The position numbers were made by a program, and so were the translations under genes. Of a stretch of 64,000 nt of DNA, positions 47,100 through 60,404 are shown piece by piece. Source of the DNA: Macrostomum lignano (Eukaryota); the NCBI GenBank assembly GCA_002269645.1, contig NIVC01002397.1, forward strand, positions 24,264 to 88,263, given 5' to 3'. Under the pieces are notes generated by a model. That model made no database searches, was not told where the DNA came from, and saw nothing but the letters and a program-made list of their open reading frames with translations. Position 1 is the first letter of the stretch. Each line of letters begins with the position of its first letter.

Positions 47100-50000
47100 T
47101 CTGATTTTCCCTTACCTCTTGCACAAGCTCAAAATTGCTCAATTAATAAATTTTCAGTGTCTAAATATATTAAACCCGGCGTAAAAGTTTTGAGCTTAAG
47201 ATATTGCAGGCTTGAGAAGTAACCCTTCTGTGTGTCTCAGAGTTTTTTATATTCTCTCTTCAAACGATACAACCATATCTATCTCAATCATATTGATCAT
47301 CGCTCTCCAGCTCACCTGTTTCTTATCGATGCCATCCAATTGCTCAAGAGTGACAGGCTTTCAATGTGGGCTTTTCGGAGTACAGCCTCGCCCTTAGATT
47401 CATTCGTTGCAGATTCACCGCTGGCAGTCAAGGCGCTTCGCAGACTTGCCAACTCAGCCAGCAAACCCTGCAGTTCCTTCTCAGCTTCCGTCAATTGCCT
47501 CATCTGCTCTTCGGTAGATTCAGTGGAAGTAGCCGCTCTGTGTGCTTTCAGGAGTTCGGCAGAATGCAAACGCTTGGTTGAGTCTGTGAGATCAGCGATT
47601 CTGTTTCTTACTTCTGACAGGATTGACGTCGAGCTATAAAGCGAAATGCATCGGTTAGCAGTTCAGGATGATGTCTAAAAAATCTACGAGGTGATGTTTG
47701 AGGAATTTAGAGTTATGTTGAGGAGTGTTTTGAAGAGTTTAGCGGGATGTTGGACATTGGAAGGGTAAATAAATGCTTGATAAGTTTCTGATAAGACCCT
47801 TTGATAAGCATATGGTTCTTTAACTCACCTGTTGATACTCGAGCAGCTCTCAGTCCTCACTGTTCTGCTGCTATTAAATCTGGACGAATTTGAACTTTCA
47901 GTGTTTAGAGAGGCGGCCACGAAAGAACGAGGTTGATGACTATTTACTTGACGATGTCGATGACCTCTGAGCAGACCCGAGTTGTGACCTTAGTGAAGCA
48001 TTGCAAATGACAGTTGCTGCGTCAAATATTAGACAAAATCAAAATCTAGGAATTCATATTTAATTTCGGTAAGATTTTTGCTAAATCCTTTTAAAATTTA
48101 AATGAATTTTATCTGAATAAATAATACTTGATTAGTATAGGATGTGCTTATAAGGAAGTTACGGTATTGTTTCAGGAGATTAGGGTGATGCTTTGAGACT
48201 CCAGGGTTACTTTGAATATTTTTATGCATGCTTTTTGCATTTGCTCGAGAAAAATCCGGTGAGCCATCTGTACTATTATTCGTTGCCGCATTATTAACTT
48301 GTAGGTGTTTGCTAAGTGAATTCATAAACGTACTTCAGTTGCCTAAGGACAGGATTCGTCTTTGGGCCAGGGAGAAGACTTCGGCACAAAGGTACTTTTA
48401 GCAATTACTTTACATAGTATTCAGTAATTAGGAAGTACCAGCTTGTACATGTAATTATCAATAATTTAGGATAAAGTCACTACAATCTAATAAATAGTAA
48501 AAGCAGTCAATAATTTATGTGCACAGCTAGTGCCAAAAATAGAAGTCTATCGATTACACTGAAACAGAATCTCACCGGTCTGCATGAGAATCTCACTGGA
48601 CTCGCTACTGGTGGCTCGGTCGCCCTGGTCGCAGAAAGACCTCTCGCCATACGTGGTGCTTTCTGTAGTGCCGGCATCGGGGGTTGGCGTGGAGGTGATG
48701 GTGAGGCCGCCGGAGTACAACTGCAGGTATTCACCTCGCGAATATGAACTGCTTGTTGTGGTTGTTGTTGATGACACTTGCACTTGCTGCTGCTGCTGTT
48801 GCTTAAGAAATAGTAGAATAATTATAAAAACATTCTTTTACTTTACCGGTATTTTTACCTATTTTTACTCGTGAAATATTTATAACATGCTATTGTACAC
48901 CGTAGCCACCTGCTAATCGACACTAAAGCTACCTGTTAATGTGCACTAGAGCTACCTGTTAATGTGCACTAGAGCTACCTGTTAATGTGCACTAGAGCTA
49001 CCTGTTAATGGACACTAGTGCTACCTGTTAATGTGCACTAGAGCTACCTGTTAATGTGCACTAGAGCTACCTGTTAATGTGCACTAGAGCTACCTATTAA
49101 TGTGCACTAGAGCTACCTGTTAATGTGCACTAGAGCTACCTGTTAATGGACACTAGAGCTGCCTGTTAAATGGACATATCTGCTACCTGTTATAGTGGAC
49201 AATATAATAAAGCTGTATATACACTGTATAAGGAAAAGTATTGCTAGCTAGAATAATTAATTTGTTAATGTACAGTTCTACCTGAAAATCAAGAGCTTTT
49301 ACAACGTTTTAACTTTTGCACCGATCGTGATTAATAACGTTGAGTTGATCAAGTCAATTAAAACAAATATTTGCCCACCCAAACAGAGCTGAAACCGACA
49401 GTTCGAGCCACTGAAGATGATGACATAGTGAGATGGCATTCATTGCTAGCCTCTTGATTGAACCGTTCGACTGCTTGATCGCCTGAAACACACACCAAGT
49501 CAAGCACTGCGCTCACTGCTGAAGTCACATTGAGCAGCTCTTGAATTTTTCTGTCCTTTTTCTGTCAACAAGCAAATATGAAGAAAAACGAATGCATTCC
49601 ATTACTTTTCACAAAAATGTCACTGAAAAAGTCATCAGTTTGAGCATACCTGAACGTCAAAGTCTAGCTGTTCAATTCTTTGCATGCAGCAAACATGCCT
49701 CGGCTTCTTGGAATCCGCTGTCAAGTGGACATCCTCTTGAAGATAATTAAATATACTTTAGTAATTTTTATATTTGAAAGTGACGTAGTTTCAGAACGAT
49801 CTTGATTAAAATACACTCACTATGACACGTCATCGGCAGGTGCTTTAAGTCACCAGATACCGCTGAAATTATCGACTTGAATATTAAATGCAAACCTTCT
49901 CGCCATTGGTCTATATTTACGTTTTCGGGGATTTAGGGCACTGCTGCAAGTAAAGGCATAGTCAGTCATGTACAAACTCTGTGTCTTGACAGGATGACCT

Positions 50001-51820
50001 TCATAGGTTTGAATCGCACGGCCAGCCCCTGTCAAGTGTCTTTGCACAGTGGCGCGAGAGTCGGATGCGGCTTCCGTTGAGCTAAAAAAGTGCTCTGCCC
50101 CTGTCAGAGATCTTACCAGTTAGTAGATTCCGTTGAGGCTTGAACTCAGCTAGACGATCTTCAACAGCCATCCAGACAGTTTGCAGCTTGTTCACAGATT
50201 TTGCGAGCAGCGGACTCAGCTGGGGCTCCAGCTGGCAAAGTCGGCGGGCTTCCCGACAGGCTGCTCTGAGCTCCGGCAGATGATGGAAAAGCAAGCGCTC
50301 AGCTTCCTGCAGAGAGGATTGGAAGGTGCGAAATCTGGGGAGAATGGAAGTACAGTCTGAGGATCTGGGAGCCTGCTGGCCCAACAACTGAGGATCTCGG
50401 AGGCTGTTGGTTTAGCAATTGAGGATCTGGGAGGCTGGCCCAGCAACAGACACTCTGGGAGGCTGGTGACCCAACAACTCTGAATCTGGGAGGCTGACCC
50501 GGCAACTGACAAATCTGGGAGGCTGGTGACCCAGCAACTGAGGATCTGGGAGGCTGCTGGTTTAGCAACTGAGGATCTGGGAGGCTGACCCAGCGATTGA
50601 GGATATGGGAGGCTGGTGGCCCAGCAAATAAGGATCTGGGAGGGTTGAACTAAGGGTCGCGGGCTAAAAATTAGGTTTAACAGTTAAACTTGAAAACGCC
50701 AGTGACAAACCAGATAGTTAGTAAACTTTATCGAAGTAAAAACAGTCGATCGCTCCATCAGTTGATGCAACTCGTTGAGCCAATCATTGACTCGCCGGCA
50801 CTGGGCATTGAAGGCATTCAGATCGGATCTGTGCGCCCTTAGAATGCTGAATGAAGTAGCCCTCATCATATGAATAACTTTCTATGCCAGTGTCTCAGGT
50901 ATCGGATCAACCTGGGTGAAGAGTGTCACTACATTGTTAGTTTCCAACGCATTTTATAATAAGAACTATTTATAAAAATTCGTATTATTCTTACCTTTCC
51001 AGAGAAGCCTATGTTGTATGATTTTAGACAAGCGTGATCTTATTTTTCTGACACATTCAAACACGCATTTATCGAACTTTTGTTTCAATATGGAACTGCT
51101 GGAGTGGGCTGTCTTGAAAATTGAGAATTTTAATTCTAAATAGTAAATATTGAACTTGCAGCTGTCTATGTCTAATAGCATAACTAAAATTTATGTTATT
51201 AAGCAATTAGCTAGTCTAGTGTTATTTATATACTGCCATAACGAATTTTATAAAATATATAACACTCAAATTCAAACATTATTCACTTAATGTGATGCAT
51301 GTGCTTCTAGATTCTGTAATCTTCTAGCCTTTACATATTTTCACTTCTGTATTCTGCATTCTACAAGTGAATTACTCGTACACATAGTGCTTGCTCAACA
51401 AGCTTAGCCAACCCACAAAGCAGTTAATCGTAAGAAATATTTCTCAGCTTTGGAAAAGCTACGCCCATGAAAAATGCTCGGCAAAGAATCGACGGATGAG
51501 CTATTTTTCCAAAAGTTGGACCAGAGACGGAAACAACTTTTCTGAGGTCAACTGCATTGGTGCCAGTGAGTTATAACAAGAAAGCATACTTGCAAACTCA
51601 CTGGCGAGCTTCCGGAGTCTACAAAGCCACAATCCCTTTTGTCAAACTGGTTTCCTCAAAATCAATACGGTCGCTTACGAAAAAAAACTTGCAAGTGAGA
51701 CGAAGTTGGAGACTTTACCGGAAGCCAAGGCAGACGCAAATGAAACTTTGACAAAGCATTTATAGAATCCATTGTTTGAAGACAAAATTCAGCCAGTCCA
51801 AGCAACTGTTGCTTCATCGA
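47100..51820 (-). CDS. Probable multi-exon coiled-coil / spectrin-repeat-like protein (exon structure incomplete)
   Basis: Helical exon-like segments at ~50700-50870 (LNAFNAQCRRVNDWLNEL), 50090-50330 (LQEAERLL...LQTVWMAVEDRL), 49380-49540, 48560-48820, 47830-47980 and 47310-47640 (heptads), with splice-like boundaries. Confidence 0.45.
48925..49190. repeat. 23-bp tandem repeat (AATGTGCACTAGAGCTACCTGTT), ~11 copies
   Basis: Direct periodicity. Confidence 0.93.
50335..50650. repeat. ~31-bp degenerate tandem repeat (GGATCTGGGAGGCTGCTGGCCCAGCAACTGA), ~10 copies
   Basis: Direct periodicity. Confidence 0.85.
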
Positions 51821-52773
51821 TAGCCTCGTTTAACTGTAGTCGTTGATTAGCTCAGGTGACTTTTCGTTATGAACGTGTCTGCATTTCTCATACGAGTCAA
51901 CGTTACCTGTCGTCAACGTATATTTTTAATAGAATCAGCCTACAGCTTGTCAAGATTAATACTGTCAAGACTAATTAGTTTTAAAATATGTATAGAAATA
52001 TTTGTTAGCAAAACGTATACTCGTAATTTGCTCTTATTAGTTAGGCAATTGGGTACCATGCTATCCAGCCGACGCTTGCTAGGCAAAGGTTTGGTTGCTT
52101 TTACAGTCGAATAAATTTACGAATACAATTGTGAAACCTTATTACAGAATGCAGAGTACTTCTAGTGCGCGTAGCTGATTCTTGACTATTGTGATTCACT
52201 CTTGTGTACGCTCGTATGAGGTGTCCTCTCGTCTCATAGCTTAAAGTACAAAACAGGAGATTAACCATTTCGTAGCTGCAATTTAGAACACAAAAAGTTA
52301 CCACGACTCAAGACGTCTGTAAAAAGTCAGTCGGCAATTGAAAGTTGGCAATTAAGTGTCGGCTGATCACTATCTCAGTTCATTCGATGGCTTATCACAC
52401 GAACTATAATTCGCGCCTCTATAATGCCTCTGTAATGCGTAAAATTGCAAGTTAATACAATGGGGCTTTTCCCACATACAGAATGTGTCCTCGAAAACAA
52501 AAGTGATACTTAAGATATCGTTTTGCTGTATGATACCCTTTAACTATCGAAAATAGCAACAGCGGGACTCCCACCTTACCTTTACTTCGTCTTAATTGCC
52601 CGTTTACACAATCACCAATAGGACCATCAAACCACGTGATCCACAAACCAAACTGGCCAATAAAAAAGTTCGTCCGATAAAGCGCACACGCAAATGGCAT
52701 TTTAAATAGAAAAATATCCGACAATTTGTTCTTTTATGGCCTTCACAAATTCTTGTCAACGGAAAAGTCTCAA

Positions 52774-53533
52774 ATGAACTCAAAACGCTCACTGTTGCGG
52801 CTGCTGCTAAGTACAGCCCTCTTCTTCATGCCGATATCCACTCAAAGCCTGTTCCAGACGGTCAGAACTCGCAGTGCGGTGGCTCCGACAGTCACGGACT
52901 CTGCGCCAGGCAGCGTCAGCCTGGAGTGCGCATCGCTCTGCGCCCTGAGACCCGCCTGCTTCGGCTTCAGCCTGCTGCGGGGCCTCTGTCGCTTCTTCGA
53001 TCTGTGGGCTTTTGAAAACGGTACTTGGCACAGCTCGGATGAGTGCGACCTGCACATCATGCTGACTGGTGAGTCCTCACTGCGAACCCGCCCGAGTTTT
53101 GGTTCGATAGAATAACTAAAAGGAACTCTGGGACATTTCAGACAAAGCCAAGCTGCAATTCATCAGCTGCCAGCAGAGCTCGGTTGAACACGGCTCAGTG
53201 TGCGGGAAGGCCATCGATGGAGTAAAAAATCAGGACGCTAAAAAAGGATTCTGTAGCCACACTGGTGAAGGAAAAAGCGGCTGGTGGGAGGGCCAGCTGG
53301 CCAGACCTGCCTTCATCTCGCACGTCACCATCTACAACAGAGTTGACTGCTGCATGTACCGACTCAACAAGCTGTCGCTGCTTGCTGACGGTGTCGAGTG
53401 CAACCGGGTGGACCTGGCGATGCCGTTCTCTGTGGCCAGCTTCACCTGCAAGGCACTCGCCAGCAAAGTCAGGATTGTTAACCTGCAAGACGTACCTTTG
53501 AATATGTGTGAAGTGGAGATCTACGGTCGCTGA
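52774..53533 (+). CDS. Secreted PAN/apple-like + F-type lectin (fucolectin, FTP domain) protein; exons 52774-53068, 53142-53533
   Basis: Signal peptide; ECASLC..RPACFGF...GLCRFF (PAN-like); QSS..HG..C.KAIDG, CSHT, WWEG.L, NRVDCCMYRL, CEVEIY. The fucose-binding motif H-x26-R-x-D-x4-R is exactly intact. The intron is phase 1. Confidence 0.9.
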
Positions 53534-56500
53534 TTAATTGCTGAATTCTCTTGAAAGAAGACTTAATTCTGTGCTACAAGTGCAAGTTAGAACCATAGAT
53601 GACGGTTTTGATAGCGGTAAAGTAACAGGTAACAGTCGTTAAATTGAAATAAATGTATTTCCCTGTTGTTTTCAGACAACTATTTCTCACAAATTTAATT
53701 TCGGTTAAAAAAGGAAAGATTTTTTTAAAGGAAAAAAACTGCAAAAACATAAAACAAACGAAAACAATAATCTAATGTTCAAGACATATCTACTTTAATG
53801 TTTTTAATTTTTATTCATCTTGAAGTGGACTAAAAAACTAACGATATCTTTCTCTGTTTACCTGCACTGTTTCCTCATGTCTACAGTTTTTGCTTTGTTT
53901 TCCACTGAAACATTAGGACTCAACCGCTCGCATATAATAAATAGTTAAAAAACGTAGAGCCTAAAACTATGTTTAGAGTGGGTTTAGCTTTTTATGATGC
54001 ATGTGCATTCAGGCAGACTAAGGAAGATAAAAAGTTTAATCTACGTTAATAAGCTCATTTGATTCGACTGATATCAAATGCAATAACAATAAAAATTTGA
54101 TGCTGAAAGTTGTTGGATATCCGTCTGTTTCCAGTTACACTTGCTGGTAAACCCGCTCTTCCGTAAATAATCTCAAGTAAAAATCTCGTGGTAGGGGAAT
54201 AACCACGGGCTATGGACAGGCTGACAAGATAAGCAAGAGCAGAAGCAAAAACGAAAACTTCACTTAGTTTGTGTGGCAGAAAGATGCTTATGCGATAGCA
54301 TGATAAAATCATTCATATATGTATTTGTCGAAATAGTATTTTAACCGATCAATAATTTGGGGACTGTAAAATAGACATATTAGTGACGTGCATGTACGCA
54401 CAAAAGAGCAAGCGAAGGAGAGAGTTAAAGAGCACAATGGTAAAGTGTACGCAGCAACCCCCTCAGCACCCCACAATACACAAGCCAAGTCACTACACTA
54501 CAAATCAACAATACAACAGAGCCTCTCAAGCTCTTCCCTGGCCTGCCGAATCGGCTTCCTTGCGGAATCGGGTATTGGCTGACACCATATGACGCGTCTA
54601 TCCAGGAAGGCAGATGTACTCCGGCGTTAGGCTTTCTGTTCACCGGGGTCTTAATTTGTCCGGCGGACATCGCAAAGCAAAATTATTGTCGCTTTGCGAT
54701 AACCTACCCTGGATAATCCAAGGCGCTACAAAATCGGGCTTTGAAATGTCATGGGTCTTGAATTGTCCGGGTGAATAAAAATTTGGGTGGCAAGTTAGTC
54801 AAATTATTTACATCATTAGGACATCATTAAGCGAGAATGGAACTGACTCAGAGTGCTTGGGAGGGGCAGATAAGATGCCCGTGCAAGCGTACATCTACCC
54901 GTGCAAGCGTACATGCCATGAATATCAGTGTACGAGCTAATAGGCCGCAAAGGAATGTTCGCTAAAATTATAATACACCTATTCTTTTCAGATAGTTGGA
55001 ATAAATTTCTTGCCTAAGTCCTACGTTTTGGAAAAATAATTCACTCGGTGGCCAAAGTAACGCTAAATCAAGTGTTTTTTACGTTTTTAGCGACGAGCAT
55101 GTTGAGCTGCCGGAACATTACAGTACAAGAGAGAGACAATCTGCAGTAGAGGTGGAGTTAGCGGGTCTTCCAAATCATCAAATGTCTTGGCAAAATTAGC
55201 TCGTACTTATCAGCTGGCTGGTTTCCCAAACTGTGAAAACGGAAAGCATCTAAGCGGATGGCCAATTTTTGATTTATCGAATTAGATTGGTGAATGGAGT
55301 AACAAACTGGTTTTTGGTTGACAATAGTAGCTTTAATTTTAGTTCCTTTTGGAGAGTGAAACGCGAAATGGTTTTTGAAATATGCACCGTTAAATAAGCA
55401 TGACGCAGATGTTTGCCATGGAAAAAGTAGCAAAAAGTGATTTTCTACTTTGCGAAAAGTCTTCTCGAAAGTTTCTATTTCTATAGCCCCGGATATCAGT
55501 ATCTGGATGTCCTAAAGCAAACCTGAAGGCTGACCCCTCTCTTTCAACCTACAATCGGATGTCCTAAGACAACTTCCCCTTCTTGTGATCTCCGGGCCGG
55601 ATAGCAGAGTCGGTGCCGTAGGATGTCCGGGAGAGACATCTCAAAGTGCCCGGACAATGCAAATCAGCTCAAGATATCCGGGAAGGAGAAAACAAAGCAG
55701 GTTTTTTTGCTTGGCAGTATCCGGGCGGATATTGTAAGTGCGTTCGGATATCCGGGCCAGACAAAAAAACTCCGGATAGTCTAAAGTGTAACACCGGCGT
55801 TGCCCCCGTTTTCTCGCGAAATCACGAACAGTGACCGCTCGAACCTACGCAGAACCGCTTTCGAGTATCCGAGGGCGACCACTGTGTCCCGCTGCACCGC
55901 TGCTTCCACGAGCATTACGATCTGCTCTAGAAAGTCTTGAGACTAATCAAGACGGGTGACAGAGGACGCAGAACAGGCGATAAAAATAATACAAAATGCA
56001 AAATTGTTGACCAAAAACTCTACAAAGCTGATTATCTGATCTCTTATGAGCGTATTTCAATCAATACGAATTCGGACTAATCCGTTTGAAGGCGGAATCC
56101 CCTGCTAATTTTTCGGCTGTTACCAAAACTAAAAATCGTCTTTAAAAGTGAAGGCATCCAATATTTGGATTGGATTGGGGAGATGCCAGGGTTCGCAGGG
56201 CAACTGCTGAAATTCCAATTACCATCAATCGATGGGGGACTAAGACTAAATATATAGATTTATATAATTTTTATATATTTAGTTATAGAAGCATATGGAA
56301 GCAGCGATGTCTTTACTCCTAGAAAGTTCTAAAATAAGAGAACACATGCAGAGCAGTACTCCCAGACTCATCAACTGATAAAACGCACGAGAGCCATGAA
56401 GCCTACACTCTAGGATTGGCTACGATCCCCGATTTTCACAGACTTTCTTTCCGTGTATTTGTCTCAGTCTCAATAAAATTGCCACCTGACAGCAGCTCAT

Positions 56501-56772
56501 AAAACAGGTTGCAAACGCACTACTGAAGCCTTTTTAAGTGTATCGTCACTCAATTAAAACCAGAAAAAAGCTGAAAGCTAAAATAATCTTCGTATCGCTG
56601 CAAAAGAATGGCAAAACAACTTTTATCGATAAAATTTGCTTATATATTCGGTAAGTGACTGAACTATAGCCGCCACTATGATTTTAATACCAATTAGTTT
56701 CACGCTTTAGTTTGCACTCTGTTCTTTAATGACAACGAAGTAAATTATCCCAACGCAGTTTGCTGCTCTCTC

Positions 56773-57996
56773 GTGCTGCGAGTACAAGGCACCAGTTTGC
56801 GGACCTATTCTGTGTGCCCAGAGCAGCAGCTTCACATGCTGGAAGCCGTTCTGAACGCCTACAACAACGTCACGACAACAACCAAGGCCACTCATATCGA
56901 CTGTCTAGCGAAGTGCCAGAGGGTGAGCTGCAGCGCTGCCATCTCGGTGGAGAGCAATGCCACGTGCGAGATGGTCACCATAACAACCGCCAAGCTGTCA
57001 ATCTCAGCAAATCAGGTGCAGCAAGTCATCGGATCTCAGGTCGGTGCGAAGGTGTGGAAGGCGGACGACAGCGACTGGCCTTCGCCTGCAGTGCAGCTTT
57101 GGAGTGAGTCATCAATGCATAGTCTTAGTCGTAAGTTCTTACCAAGATTTCGGCAGACAGAAATTGCACTCACTCCAGTTCTGCACGACGCTGCTCCGTT
57201 GCAGACAGCAGCACAGGTAGAAACGGCTCAATCCAAAGCGTCCTCATCAACACGACCGGCTGCTACCTGATCAAAGCTGCCGGCGCCAGAGGTGGCGACA
57301 ACTTACTGACGAACAAAGCCGGAGGCCAGGGAGCCCAGGTGAGCGCCAGAGTCAACCTGACAGCCGGCACCCAGCTGAGCATCGTTGTGGGCCAGATGGG
57401 CGGCTCGACCTCTCGAAATAGCGAAGGAGGCGGCGGAGGCGGCGGCAGCTTCGTGTACCGGACGGGTGACCAGCTGCTGCTGCTGGCTGCCGGCGGAGGC
57501 GGCGGAGCTTCTTGCTTAGAAAATGGTGAGCCCAGTAGCTGTAGTGTAAATTATAAAAAAAATCCACTTGAATCAACAATTTCATTTTACCGTAGGTAAA
57601 CCAGGAGAGACTGGGATAAACGGTTCTGACAGCCTGGGTAACGTCGCTAAATACACGGGATTCGGCGGCAGCAACGGTCAGCCGGGCTACAACAATCCCG
57701 CTGACACCAGAAGCGATAGAACCCATGGAGGCTGCGGCGCCGGCTGGCTCGGCAGGGCCGTCAAGCGCAGGCGGAGCTCCTCGGACGGAGAGAGAGGCGG
57801 CAGTCTGGCCGACGGCTGGGTCGGCGGCAGCGCCGGAGACGGCAGCGTCTGCGACGGAGGCTTCGGTGGAGGCGGCGGAGGCGGCGGCTCCTTCTGCAGG
57901 GGCGGCTGCGTGTTCGGTGGCACCTCTACCGGGCACCAGGGCTTCGTCTCCGTCCTGCTGGAGTCGACCTCGGCCGCTTGCGATTCGGGCACCTGA
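56773..57996 (+). CDS. PAN-like + ALK/LTK-type glycine-rich domain protein, copy 1; exons ~56773-57103, 57205-57525, 57596-57996 (5' end frameshifted or uncertain)
   Basis: TGCYLIKAAGARGG...GGQGAQVSARVNLTAGTQLSIVVGQMG...GGGGGGSFV...LLLAAGGGGG...GGCGAGW...GGFGGGG (Gly_rich domain as in the ALK/LTK ectodomain). The upstream CLAKC..VSC....C motif is PAN-like. Introns are phase 1. Confidence 0.75.
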
Positions 57997-59054
57997 TGCC
58001 ATTGCAGCCGCTTGTTGACGTAGGGACTTACCAGTCTCTACTTGACGCTACTCTTCTGGGACATAAGAGTAAGGTTTAAAAAAGTAGACACAAGGAATCA
58101 GATTAGCTTTCTCCACATATATTTGATTGAGTTCAGAAGAAAAGGGTCAACCTATTTTCTCAAAACTTTAATAGCTGAATTCGTTGAATACTGAGTTCAA
58201 TTACAGTTCAATTATCATCAACTATAATACTAGTGCTGAAAACATTGTAAGAAGGGCAGGACATCAGAGTTGAGAAACTCTAATTATAACTACTTACCTT
58301 ATGTATAACTGTCGCCATACAACGTGGCCTATCTAGGGAATATAAGCGCCATGCTTTCAACTGACTTTCTTCACACTTATAAGTCAACTTTTCTAAAATA
58401 AATTTTTGCTGTTTTCTTCCTGAAATAACCCCCGAGATAATCTATTTTTACCTGATACTCGAATCTTTCACTGTTACTGACTTTGCACTCAGACAACTCG
58501 AACAATTCCCAATTATTAATAAACACTAAATGCACTCGTCTGTCCAAAGCCGCCCGTCTTTTTTTCCTGCCAGAGAATTTCTGGAGGTTTTTTTAGACGA
58601 GCGGAAAAGACTCAGTTCAGCTGTCTTTCAGCGTCTGCTTTCGGTGCATGCCAAGGCCGCTCGACTGCAGCTCCCTGCAGTTGCCTTCCTGCACGCATCC
58701 GCACCCTTCCGTACCATGCTTGCTCGCTCATGGGCTACGATGGGGAATTGAAAATCTTTTAAAAACTTGTTAAGTAGGCCGAGAAAATTTTAAACTGTAG
58801 CTTTCCCTAGCAGTTGAACATTTTGCCATGAAAACAAATCCTCGGGTTTACATGATGTACTTTCTGGCTCAGAAATTTGTGGTAATGATTTCGTTTTAAC
58901 TTCTGTAGTCAGTGTTTAAGCTGACAAAGACTGCTAATTCAATACACCCTAATTAAATACTCGAAGCAATCTGCTTTGGTTTTTATTCTCGGAGCAACAA
59001 TAGGTAAAAAATTACTTAAGCGGTCAATATATGCTTTTGGGAGATGCGGCAAGT

Positions 59055-59625
59055 TGGTAGAGATGCAGGGAGGCAGAGATGCAGGGCGGAGGCAGAGATG
59101 CAGGGTGGTGGCAGAGATGCAGGGAGGTGATAGAGACGCAGGGCGGAGGCAGAGATGCAGGGCGGTGGCAGAGATGCAAGGAGGTGGCAGAGATGCAGGA
59201 AGGTAGCAGAGATGCAGGGAGGTGGCAGAGATGCAGGAAGGTGGCAGAGATGCAGGAAGGTGGCAGAGATGCATGGAGGTGGCAGAGATGCAGGGAGGTG
59301 AGAGAGATGCAGGAAGGTGGCAGAGATGCATGGAGGTGGCAGAGATGCAGGGAGGTGATAGAGACGCAGGGCGGAGGCAGAGATGCAGGGAGGTGATAGA
59401 GACGCAGGGCGGAGGCAGAGATGCAGGGAGGTGAGAGAGATGCAGGGCGGTGACAGAGATGCAGGGCGGTGACAGAGATGCATGGAGGTGAGAAAGAGGC
59501 AGGGAGGTGAGAAAGAGGCAGGGAGGTGAGAAAGAGGCAGGGAGGTGGCGGAGATGCAGGGAGGTGAGAGAGATGCAGGGCGGTGGCAGAGATGCAGGGA
59601 GGTGGCAGAGATGCAGGGATCGGTG
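59055..59625. repeat. 19-bp tandem repeat (GGCAGAGATGCAGGGAGGT)
   Basis: Direct periodicity. Confidence 0.93.
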
Positions 59626-60045
59626 ACAGATGCTGGCTGCTTTCCTGCAGGCGCTTGTCTGAAACCGGCAATATTTGAGAGACCTCACGTGTGTTCAGGA
59701 AACTGCAGGTCGGCATCGGTCAACTCTGAGCACAGGGGATGAGTCAACATCAGTTAGAATCTTCGAGCGCATAGGACTGATGCAGTCTGCAGCTTCAACA
59801 GGTACTTTGGTAACTTAGAGCTCATGCTTTTTTACCACGGCTCCTATAAGTGAGTCATCATCCACTCAAATAATCTAATATATTGTCAAAGTCATCATTG
59901 TTATTTTACCTGGGATATTTTCACTCGTGAAATCCTAAATCAATGACTCATATCAGTTACGTTAATACTCGCAGCAGGAAACAGTGCTACGATTTCAGGC
60001 CCATTTTTTCTGAGCGTAATAATAATTAATAGTGATAATTGATTA

Positions 60046-60212
60046 CACCTGCCCTAATTGGCCAGCTGTGCAACCGACAGCTCAGCCGCAGCTATTGCGC
60101 GGCGCGGGGGTCGCTACGCACCCTCAATTACCCCACCTAATGCTGGGACCCATTTTACAGCTGGGTGAAGTGAAGCAATGCAGAGTTAAGTGTCTTGCTC
60201 AAGGGCACAAAT
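60046..60212 (-). mobile_element. 5'-truncated second copy of the CORE-type SINE
   Basis: Shares ACACCTGCCC.AATTGG.CCAG.TGTGC.ACCGACAGCTCAGCCGCAGCTATTGCGC and CCCATTTTACAGCTGGGTG...AGAGTTAAGTGTCTT.CTCAAGG with 43557-43745; it lacks the tRNA head. Confidence 0.8.
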
Positions 60213-60404
60213 GATGTTCATGGAGTTGGAGTTACCTACCGAATAGAAGTGTTGGTAAATGTGATAATCAAAGAAAGCTCCATTCCGCCATTGAAAGGAG
60301 TTCCAGTTTCCTAAATCTGAAAACTTAAAACTGTCCAGTCACCTTCAAGCTAATCAGCAATATTTTTCATCCAGCCTTCAATTTTGTGTGTCGATGTTGT
60401 GGAA

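Noticed and set aside
55815-55905. tRNA/SINE-like segment on - with GGTTCGAG
   Set aside because: Only a partial B box, with no cloverleaf and no second copy in the window.
58939-59742. PASLPPPCIS / MQGGGRDAGR repeat ORFs
   Set aside because: Translations of the 19-bp satellite.
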